64,000 nucleotides of DNA. It comes from a virus. Shown piece after piece: positions 33,101 through 40,768 of this stretch. Within the stretch, counting starts at the first letter, position 1. Each line of letters opens with the position of its first letter. The stretch is from the IMG/VR virus record IMGVR_UViG_3300049215_000171, positions 3,273 to 67,272 of that record; one strand, written 5' to 3'. Below the pieces are notes generated by a model. It ran no database searches. It saw nothing but the letters and a program-made list of their open reading frames with translations, and was not told where the DNA came from. Position numbers and translations under genes: made by a program.

Positions 33101-33398
33101 GCAATTAAATGGCATAGATCCTGAATGCATTACCGGTATAATTGTTGATGGTAAGATAGGCGTTTCTATAAATTACTCAACGGGATTACTAACACTTAAT
33201 TTTACCAATTTATATCAGGATCCTGTAAAACAAACGATAAATACAAAAATACAAATCACAATTTATCTTAAAAAAGCTGGGTGGAATAATAATCCAATTT
33301 ATGTAAACTCAATTAAGACACAAAACATCCTGGGAGTTCCTAATCCAGCGCCATCAAACACAGTATGTCCAGATCCATCAATAGTTATAATAAGTTAG
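30165..33398 (+). CDS. Virion structural protein with two dockerin/EF-hand-like Ca-binding loops
   Basis: 1077 aa; GDINGDGIIDNNDL (31923) and SDINGDMILNATDI (32343). Confidence 0.55.
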   Translation: MRIPVSAPQNAWFDTQNVDNTNLTLEQTHDNTIQSGIINNHFGSGVLPDSLIQRILFDSSSANGLLDGKPINIQFQPSDSNNGNQLEIELINSQASGNRTVKVLVIGLDFQNNLQYDRFTFDRNEKQLSYKHYRTILTLLFNDFIGTANQSLNLGGRIIIRETNPLTLSRDCMMISQDIEPNLFFRDFFVTTGSTLATTLTSALPSYNIDNLNIKIEPLQFASIAENDVSSQIAQKFLATTSNIQKITLLFSVINNTTPANLVWTGDLLISIYQLQTTISCPTDVAPQLAIDFDPSSIPLAQLSVNYSTLLASGIQLNTVPQPVDFIFSNTPVGSGLVIKPNNYYAVTVKRAGSADTCQIQLAVGSNTASNTRETLFNGSVWVDVPEQSLWFQVWTDSAKVSDGQAYDAGNGVFVPKTQIDPTTGLTIDYVLDNIPFVRNDLYYALLQAITQDSNPVQSERTGEPVFTEQQLVPSITLLNATSLANIQNVSVPLIIGTISDQNIKSYNAFTSTLFASFHEYGMIGNEIVLKIITDPTDGYRYDQNIIELVSELVNGTLNGAKLIPNISNPSLYYKISKAELISMMYGDINGDGIIDNNDLILAQQLSVANLNIIPTYNMYIQQTELFVADGYLHWQVLDSTLNVIASGTDGILVPNPSNGAQANFASASASFNSIMNLGSDTLSITSSVTSPGNNGITSIINLIDNHTITIQKQYYTSDTILQIMRSDINGDMILNATDISYISNYVNAVPPIPATTSPANKIGTSFNAIRITLEKYIDRNDDYPSNGVNRGSTLHPLPDIYLDGYTLFAGQNLQINPLSFSIVKQLEWVPSSVVVDANPRLVPASFNYQSGYTDPLCGINGVQSQVYPTAKSFDPGRNDFFISNNLVVNDGGQFIRPDGYFMKMDFEMSTVLLEIPDVSFDTEHSINLLTDFIADYSGTGYTRLGYPAMKFADCTNVSLNAFNLSQIRLGASVQSFSPQLNGIDPECITGIIVDGKIGVSINYSTGLLTLNFTNLYQDPVKQTINTKIQITIYLKKAGWNNNPIYVNSIKTQNILGVPNPAPSNTVCPDPSIVIIS

Positions 33399-33404
33399 GA
33401 AATA

Positions 33405-36400
33405 ATGGCACTTATAATAGCATTAGGTGACCCAGTAATAATTCACGTTTTAGTGTTATCACCAGGAACACTATTAACAGCTACCGGTGCTGTTATTCTA
33501 CGCGATGGGAGACATACAGTTGCTGTAGGTCAGTTAGATACTAACGGACATTTTGTATTCAACATATCATCAGCTATTTTAGGTGCTGGCGTGCATGAAA
33601 TGACTGTGTATTATGCCGGTGATCAGAATTTTGCACCAGGGCTCTCTAATATATTAGAGGTTGACATTGTAACATTGGCCCCATCAATAACAACAATTAC
33701 ACCATCAGCTACAAATGTGGTGTATGGTACTAGTATCACATTTTCATCAAATGTTACTGGTTCTATGGGAACAGCAACTGGTACTGTTAGTTTTTTTGAT
33801 GGAATAAACGTAATAGATACAGAAACACTTATTGCTGGTTCAACAGTATCGTTACCAGTTGTATTAAGTGCTGGTATGCATGCTGTTATAGCGACTTATA
33901 GCGGTGATACCTTATACTTAGGAAGCTCTTCGTTTCCAGCATTAATTACAGTAAGTTTATATGGTTCATCAACAACCATCTTCTCAAATAACAATCCATC
34001 TAATTATGGTAATAGTGTAACTCTTACGGCCACAGTTATAGTACCAGTTGGTGGCGTTGCAACGGGAATAGTAACATTTTTTGATGGAATAACATCTATC
34101 GGGGTTGGAACCGTTTCTGCTAATTCAGCATCATTAATGCTGTCCACATTAAATGGTGGAAGTCATAATATCACTGCTCAGTATTCTGGTGATAGTAATT
34201 TTAGCTCATCCACATCGCCTATTTTAGTTCAGGTTGTAAATGCGTTACCAACAAATACTACATTGATATCATCAGCAAATCCAATAACATATGGTATGTC
34301 CACATTGCTATCAGCAACCGTTTCATCGTCATTTTCTATACCATCTGGCACCGTAACATTTTATGATGGTGTTAATCCAATAGGGACGGTATCGCTTGAT
34401 GTAACGGGTCTAGCTACGTTAAATATACCGTTATTTAACGCTGGTACTAGGCCCATTACTGCTCAATATAATGGAAACTCAAATTATTTAACTAGCACGT
34501 CTAATACTGTTAGCGAGGTTATAAATAAAGCCAATACAGTTACAACTTTAATTTCATCAGCTCCAACATCTCCATCAGGAGTAAATATAACATTTACCGC
34601 TACCGTTGTGGGATCTAATAATGGATTGGTAACCGGAACAGTTCAATTTAAAGATGGTGCGGGTAACCTTGGTAGTCCCGTAACTGTAAATGGTTCGGGG
34701 GTTGCAACATTTTCAACATCGTCCTTACCCCAGGGCGTGCATAATATAACTGCGGTGTACAGTGGAGATTCTAATAATAATACTAGCACATCCAATACTG
34801 TTGTAGAAACAATAACCGCACAGTTGTCAATGACAGTATTAGTGTCTAATCTCAATCCTGCAAATTATGGAGTTAATGTAACATTTACTGCAACCGTTAG
34901 TGGAGCATTAGGTACTCCAACTGGTACTGTTCAATTTTATGACGGTGTATCACCAATTGGGCCAGTTGTCCCAATAAGTTCTGGAATTGGCTCATATTCA
35001 ACTTCAGCATTAATCCCGGCTGTCCATTCAATAACAGCAGTATATAGTGGTGACATTACATATTCAACTAGTACATCAAATATTGTATTTGAAACTATTA
35101 ATAAATTAAATCCTACATTTGGTATTACATCAAGTGTAAATCCATCTACATACGGCAATAATGTAATATTTTTTGCAACAGCTAGCGGAACGCAAGGAAC
35201 GCCAACTGGTAGTGTACAGTTTGTAATCGATGGAACTAATTTTGGTGGCACCGTAACATTAGTTGCTGGCTCAGCTCAAACATCAAGCTCAACACTTACG
35301 GCTGGTACACACACAATTGTTGCTAATTATAGTGGAGATACAATTTATAATGTTGCATCGGCTTCTCTGTCACCCATACAAACAGTAAATAAAGCAAATA
35401 CCTCATCGTCAATTTCTTCTTCTATAAATCCAACTGCTATTGGTCAAGCAACAATATTTAGTTCGACCGTAACTTCTGTTACAACTGGAACTCCAACTGG
35501 TACAGTTCAATTTAAAGATAGTGCGTCAAATATCGGTGCTCCAGCCACATTGACAAGTGGCACTGGTTCTATTTCATATTCTGGTTTGGCCGTTGGCGGA
35601 CACTCAATAACGAGTGTATATTCTGGTGATGCAAATTTTAATACAAGCACGTCAATAATTTTGACTCAAAATGTAACCGCATCACCAACAGTAACAACGT
35701 TAATGTCAAATACAAATCCATCAATCTATGGTCAATCTGTTACATTTACTGCTATTGTTACTGGATCTAGTCCGACAGGTACCATAACATTCAAAGATGG
35801 TGTAACTACCATTGCGACAAGGGCATTACCATTAAACACGGCATCAATAACCATACTCCTAGTTGGATCACATTCAATAACGGCAGTATATGGTGGTGAT
35901 TCAAATAATGCTGGAAGCACATCTAACACGGTTACACAGGTTGTAAATAAGGCAAGCACAACTATTACTCCATTTACGGCATCCCCATCATCAGGAGAAA
36001 CGGTTTTTAGTACGTTTAGTTTAAGTGCAACAGTAAATCCGCAATTTACTGTTAATCCTGAGCCGTCTGGAAATGTAACGTTTTCAATAGTTTCACCATT
36101 TACTAATTTAGGATCAGCAACGCTGAACGGGTCTTCTCCTGATGTCGCAACATTAGCTGGAATCAATATACCAACAGCTGGAACATATCAGCTTCAAGCA
36201 AATTATCCGGGTGATAGCAATTTTAATGGATCAAGTCAATTTATAAGCGGATTTGTTGTGTCGAAGTTTACGCCCGCTATAACACAGGTTTTTAGTCATA
36301 ATCCAACAGGCGGTTTCCCTAATACCGTAGATTCTGTTCATTTAACTGGTGATGGAATTCACAATGTTACTGGTACAGTTACATTAATAATCAATGGTAT

Positions 36401-37019
36401 TACTACGGCATTATCTGGCGGTTTAGTGCATCAATCAGGAGTTGATCAAACTGGTGGAAGTGCTATATTTATAACTGGAACTTCTTTTGGTGGCTCGGGT
36501 CATGAAGGATATAAAACAGTTCAGGCATCATACGCTGGCAGCAGTTCGTACAATGCTGTGACATCAAGCATTGTATCATATTTATATCAGCGAGCAACAC
36601 CAACAATTACAATAACAATCAGTGGTAGTCCATCATACTATCCTGCTCCACCACCTTCAACTGATATTACAATCACTATAACCGTTTCCGGTTCATTTCC
36701 GGAAAACAGTACATTAACTGGCGCTCCAACCGGCACAGTAAGTCTAAATGTGTATGGTACGGCAACTGGTAATAATTTCAATACCGGTCCACTTACATTA
36801 AGTTTTGGTTCAACTAGCGTATTAATTAGTAATACGTTCGGCACTCCAACGCCCGGGTATTCACCAATATCAAATGGTATTTATAATGATCTTACCCAGC
36901 CAGCAGCAAATGGTACTGAAACATTTACAACTAGTGCTCTATACAATGGTGATGATACATATACTCCCGGTGGAATTAACAGTGGATCATTTGAAATTTA
37001 TGGACCAGCTATCAATTAA
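33405..37019 (+). CDS. Tandem bacterial Ig-like (Big_3-type) repeat protein; candidate tail fibre/adhesin
   Basis: 12 repeats of about 90-100 aa, each ending in a Y-x-G-[DNS] motif, many with NPSxYG..VTFTATV..GTPTGTVxFxDG; very Ser/Thr-rich. Confidence 0.85.
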   Translation: MALIIALGDPVIIHVLVLSPGTLLTATGAVILRDGRHTVAVGQLDTNGHFVFNISSAILGAGVHEMTVYYAGDQNFAPGLSNILEVDIVTLAPSITTITPSATNVVYGTSITFSSNVTGSMGTATGTVSFFDGINVIDTETLIAGSTVSLPVVLSAGMHAVIATYSGDTLYLGSSSFPALITVSLYGSSTTIFSNNNPSNYGNSVTLTATVIVPVGGVATGIVTFFDGITSIGVGTVSANSASLMLSTLNGGSHNITAQYSGDSNFSSSTSPILVQVVNALPTNTTLISSANPITYGMSTLLSATVSSSFSIPSGTVTFYDGVNPIGTVSLDVTGLATLNIPLFNAGTRPITAQYNGNSNYLTSTSNTVSEVINKANTVTTLISSAPTSPSGVNITFTATVVGSNNGLVTGTVQFKDGAGNLGSPVTVNGSGVATFSTSSLPQGVHNITAVYSGDSNNNTSTSNTVVETITAQLSMTVLVSNLNPANYGVNVTFTATVSGALGTPTGTVQFYDGVSPIGPVVPISSGIGSYSTSALIPAVHSITAVYSGDITYSTSTSNIVFETINKLNPTFGITSSVNPSTYGNNVIFFATASGTQGTPTGSVQFVIDGTNFGGTVTLVAGSAQTSSSTLTAGTHTIVANYSGDTIYNVASASLSPIQTVNKANTSSSISSSINPTAIGQATIFSSTVTSVTTGTPTGTVQFKDSASNIGAPATLTSGTGSISYSGLAVGGHSITSVYSGDANFNTSTSIILTQNVTASPTVTTLMSNTNPSIYGQSVTFTAIVTGSSPTGTITFKDGVTTIATRALPLNTASITILLVGSHSITAVYGGDSNNAGSTSNTVTQVVNKASTTITPFTASPSSGETVFSTFSLSATVNPQFTVNPEPSGNVTFSIVSPFTNLGSATLNGSSPDVATLAGINIPTAGTYQLQANYPGDSNFNGSSQFISGFVVSKFTPAITQVFSHNPTGGFPNTVDSVHLTGDGIHNVTGTVTLIINGITTALSGGLVHQSGVDQTGGSAIFITGTSFGGSGHEGYKTVQASYAGSSSYNAVTSSIVSYLYQRATPTITITISGSPSYYPAPPPSTDITITITVSGSFPENSTLTGAPTGTVSLNVYGTATGNNFNTGPLTLSFGSTSVLISNTFGTPTPGYSPISNGIYNDLTQPAANGTETFTTSALYNGDDTYTPGGINSGSFEIYGPAIN

Positions 37020-37055
37020 AATTTCATAAAAAATAAATAATGATATAGCATAAGT

Positions 37056-38180
37056 ATGCGCGTACTTATACGTCAATTTTTAAATGCTAATCATTCTTGG
37101 GCACATGTAGGTCGTGGTATAGCAACAGCGTTAATAGAACAAAAACACGATGTTGATTTATTTTCAACTGATGGTGGTAATAATATACCAGATAATCTAA
37201 AATCACATCTCGTTGGTTATTCGCAGGACAATAAATTAACATTCGGTAAATTACCAGACAATCATTACGATATGGTTATTTCCTATACAGCATTAAAGAA
37301 TATGCAGCCATATATGTCTCACGCACCAAAAAATAGATTTGGAATATGGTGTTATGAATTTGCTGGTAAAAATGCATTACCGGACGGCTTCGCTAAATGT
37401 AATAGATTTTGTGATAAATTGCTACCACCATCTAATTTTGCGAAACAGGTTTTTCTCGATTCAGGTATCCCTGAAAAAGCAATGACAGTTATTCCACACG
37501 GTGTGGATTTTGATCAAATAAAATCAGCTGAACCATTTAAATTGAAAACTAAAAAATCAACTAAAATTATGGTTCAACCGCTTGGGCAAATACATAGAAG
37601 GAAAAATATTGATGGTCTTTTAGATATGTATGGAAAAGCATTTACTAAATCAGATGATGTATGTCTCATATTAAAAATACAGGAAAAAACTCCAACACAG
37701 CCATTTGAGCTATCATTTAAAGATTTGTATAATAATTTTCATGCTAAATATAAAAATCATGCAGAGGTAGAAATAATAAAAGAATATATTCCAAATATAT
37801 ATTCATTATATAAATCATGTGATATTGTATTTACAGCAAGCAATACCGAAGGTTTTGGTATGTGTGCATTAGAGGCAAATGCGTTAGGACTGATAAATAT
37901 AGCACCAAGATATGGCGGGTTTTTAGATTTTCTAAATAACGATAATTCATTGTTGATCGATGGAAAAGAGTTTTTTGTTCCAGCCAATTATTTATATTGG
38001 CAAGGAAAGCTTGGAACCAAAGCATTCAAGCCCGATTTAGACGACGGTGTGATGAAGTTGCGATTTGCAGTTTCCAACAAGGACGAGTTATTAAAAAGAT
38101 ATAGATCAAACATTCAGGAAACTGAAAAGAATTATAACTGGCTGACGATAACAGATAAGATATTAAAATTGGCGGTATGA
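37056..38180 (+). CDS. Glycosyltransferase, GT-B fold (GT4-like)
   Basis: VIPHGVD, RKNIDGLL, and the E-x7-E motif SNTEGFGMCALEANALG. Confidence 0.9.
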   Translation: MRVLIRQFLNANHSWAHVGRGIATALIEQKHDVDLFSTDGGNNIPDNLKSHLVGYSQDNKLTFGKLPDNHYDMVISYTALKNMQPYMSHAPKNRFGIWCYEFAGKNALPDGFAKCNRFCDKLLPPSNFAKQVFLDSGIPEKAMTVIPHGVDFDQIKSAEPFKLKTKKSTKIMVQPLGQIHRRKNIDGLLDMYGKAFTKSDDVCLILKIQEKTPTQPFELSFKDLYNNFHAKYKNHAEVEIIKEYIPNIYSLYKSCDIVFTASNTEGFGMCALEANALGLINIAPRYGGFLDFLNNDNSLLIDGKEFFVPANYLYWQGKLGTKAFKPDLDDGVMKLRFAVSNKDELLKRYRSNIQETEKNYNWLTITDKILKLAV

Positions 38181-38854
38181 TGTATGATTTAAGCATAGTA
38201 GTATGTGTGTATAATAAATATAGTTTTACTAAATCTTGTGTTGAAAGTTTATTGTATTTATATGATAACAATGAGATAATTATTGTTGATAATGCATCGA
38301 CAGATGAAACACAAAAAGAACTATCGAAAATAACTAATAGTAATTTTGTCTATATTAGAAACAATCAAAATTATTTTCACTCCAAAGGATGTAATATAGG
38401 ATATATAGCATCAAAAGGAAATAATGTATTATTTCTAAATAATGATATTGATATCAGGGGCGATAGGCGTATTTGGACTAATTTAATTATAAAGACATGT
38501 AATGATGGTATTATTGGCCCAACGATGGGACAACTGGATGATAAATTGAATTATGTTCGAGAAGCAAATATGTATCTTGATGGCAATTCATATGTGTCAG
38601 GATGGTGTGTTGCATCATCAAAAGAAAATTGGAATAAATTAGATCTTGGTAATGGTCAGATATGGAATGAAAAATACCCTATGTATTTCAACGACACAGA
38701 TCTTTCATTTAGAGCAAGAAAGCTCGGCATACCATTTAAAGTGGTGCCAGTATCAGCGGTACATTATGGAAAAAAATCAACGAACCCATTATTAATAAAT
38801 AAATTATATAATGATGGTAGAAAAGTTTTTATTAGCGATTGGGGAAAGAAATAA
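38177..38854 (+). CDS. Glycosyltransferase, GT-A fold (GT2-like)
   Basis: LSIVVCVYN, IIIVDNASTDET, LFLNNDI, YFNDTDLSFRA. Confidence 0.9.
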   Translation: MMYDLSIVVCVYNKYSFTKSCVESLLYLYDNNEIIIVDNASTDETQKELSKITNSNFVYIRNNQNYFHSKGCNIGYIASKGNNVLFLNNDIDIRGDRRIWTNLIIKTCNDGIIGPTMGQLDDKLNYVREANMYLDGNSYVSGWCVASSKENWNKLDLGNGQIWNEKYPMYFNDTDLSFRARKLGIPFKVVPVSAVHYGKKSTNPLLINKLYNDGRKVFISDWGKK

Positions 38855-38917
38855 TTTTTATTTTATGTGTGTTGTGCAAATTATTGTTGTCGCTAAATTG
38901 ATGGTAAAGGAATTAAA

Positions 38918-39931
38918 ATGAATTTAATAACAAAGATGGTTTTCATAATTGCAGGAGTTGTCGTATTTGGAGCGGTGGGATTTATTATTTACCAGCAGAT
39001 ACAATTGCATAATATGCAAACGGCAATCAATCAGTCCGTAATTGAACAAAAACAATTAGCAGATCAAATACTCAGATCACAAAGTTCTTATGTATCTAAG
39101 GACGATCTTAACAATTTTGCAAAACAAAATGATATAAATCTCAATACCATTAGCAAAGATTTGAGCACACTTGGTGCTTCGCTTACTGGTATAAATCACG
39201 TTGTAGTAAATAGCAGTGGAACGGTTGCAACAAATGTTAGCTCCACTAGTACTACCCCAGACACGCATCCATCAACAGTACCAACGGTCAAATGCAACGG
39301 TCAGGACATACCTTGTCCTAATGCAGATCCGTATGGTTATACAAGTAATATTCAGCATTTGGAATTGAATGAGCAATTTGTTGGGGCTACGGTTCCTATC
39401 GGAAATGTTTCTTTTGATGCTGGCAATAAAACGCCGTGGAGTGAAGACATTTACCCACGAACATATTCGGTAAGCAATGTGCTTGGAACAACAAGTGATG
39501 GCAAACACGTAGTGTATAATAAAGTAGAAATAACTTCAAATGGTAAGACAGTTCCAGTAAATGTTAGCACGGGTAAATTCGAGGAGACTTACCCTGCATC
39601 TTCATTTACATTATTCAATCCTAGGTTATTTTTAACTAGCGGGGGAGCATTAAATCTATCACACTTAAATGGTTCGGCAAACTTAGGTATAACTATGCAG
39701 ATTTCATCATACGGTAAAACGCTTGCACAACCAGCAATCAGTATATTACAATTAGGCGCTGGATATCAGACTGGAACGCAAAATGCCACGGCAATAATAA
39801 ATCCAGTATCGTTTAATATTGGTGGCGTATTCCCCAAAGGAATTGTGGATTCTTCATATATTGGCCCATCATTTCAGGTAGATATAAAAGGCAATATGTT
39901 CGTCGGTGGAAATTTAAGCGTGGGATTCTAA
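38918..39931 (+). CDS. Membrane-anchored protein with coiled coil and C-terminal amphipathic beta strands ending in Phe
   Basis: N-terminal TM segment (VFIIAGVVVFGAVGFIIY), Gln-rich helix, C-terminus ...MFVGGNLSVGF. Confidence 0.55.
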   Translation: MNLITKMVFIIAGVVVFGAVGFIIYQQIQLHNMQTAINQSVIEQKQLADQILRSQSSYVSKDDLNNFAKQNDINLNTISKDLSTLGASLTGINHVVVNSSGTVATNVSSTSTTPDTHPSTVPTVKCNGQDIPCPNADPYGYTSNIQHLELNEQFVGATVPIGNVSFDAGNKTPWSEDIYPRTYSVSNVLGTTSDGKHVVYNKVEITSNGKTVPVNVSTGKFEETYPASSFTLFNPRLFLTSGGALNLSHLNGSANLGITMQISSYGKTLAQPAISILQLGAGYQTGTQNATAIINPVSFNIGGVFPKGIVDSSYIGPSFQVDIKGNMFVGGNLSVGF

Positions 39932-40768
39932 ATGCTACACATACTAACACTATCTTGGCAGGGTAAATCTAAATTAGAAAAACTTGCTCCAACACTAACC
40001 AAATCATTAAACAATATTGAATATAAATGGTTAGTAAAAGAGAATGGTTCTAATGATGGTTCTATTGAATATCTAAATGGATTGAATAATCCCAATATAG
40101 TTCCAATACAATGGAAAGATAATTTACAAAACTTCGCTCAAGGATGTAATGTATTATTCAAGGAAGCATCACCAAAGGAAAGTGATTATATTCTATTACT
40201 CAACAATGATATCATTTTTAATGATACTGCGTCAATTAGGAACATGATTAAGATTATGGATAATGATGACGGTGTAGGTGTGGTTGGAGCAAAACTAAAT
40301 TATACGAATACAAAAAAAATCCAGCATTGTGGGATAACATGGGACGGTCGTAAGGATCTTTTACCCTGGCACTATCGACTTGGTGAAATGGAAGACGCTA
40401 ACGCTCGAAAAAATAGGGAGTTCGATGCTTGTACTGGAGCGGTTCTTTTAATTCGCGCTGGATTATACGAAAACGTATGCACAAATAAAGATGGATTAAA
40501 AGGATTAAATCAAGGTTATTTTTGGTGTTTCGAAGACGTGGATCTTAATATGAAAATTAAATACATAATGGATAAAAAAATTATATATTGTGGTGAAACG
40601 AATATCTTCCATGAAGAAAGTGCAACATTAAAGAAAACAAATGCAAATCGTCTTTTTATGCAACACAATGTAAATCTATTCCGTAAAGAATGCAGTCAAT
40701 GGATTATTGAAAATCATAAATATTATGTTGCAGATCCAAACTACAATCTATATAGAGGCAAAAAATGA
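39932..40768 (+). CDS. Glycosyltransferase, GT2-like (rhamnosyltransferase-like)
   Basis: ENGSNDGS, NFAQGCN, LLLNNDI, VGVVGAKL, IQHCG, ACTGAVLL, FEDVDL, HEESAT. Confidence 0.9.
   Translation: MLHILTLSWQGKSKLEKLAPTLTKSLNNIEYKWLVKENGSNDGSIEYLNGLNNPNIVPIQWKDNLQNFAQGCNVLFKEASPKESDYILLLNNDIIFNDTASIRNMIKIMDNDDGVGVVGAKLNYTNTKKIQHCGITWDGRKDLLPWHYRLGEMEDANARKNREFDACTGAVLLIRAGLYENVCTNKDGLKGLNQGYFWCFEDVDLNMKIKYIMDKKIIYCGETNIFHEESATLKKTNANRLFMQHNVNLFRKECSQWIIENHKYYVADPNYNLYRGKK

Noticed and set aside
1-37019. Bacterial extracellular contractile injection system or tailocin
   Set aside because: The tail genes are contiguous with phage-type replication, RNR, sigma factor, PhoH and endolysin genes, densely packed on one strand; this fits a large phage genome.
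33405-37019. CRISPR array or diversity-generating retroelement target in the repetitive region
   Set aside because: The repeats are degenerate protein-level Ig domains; no identical spaced DNA repeats, no template/variable repeat pair and no reverse transcriptase were seen in the window.
37056-40768. Serotype-conversion (gtrABC) cassette
   Set aside because: No GtrA flippase or polytopic GtrC-like membrane protein; the GTs appear soluble.
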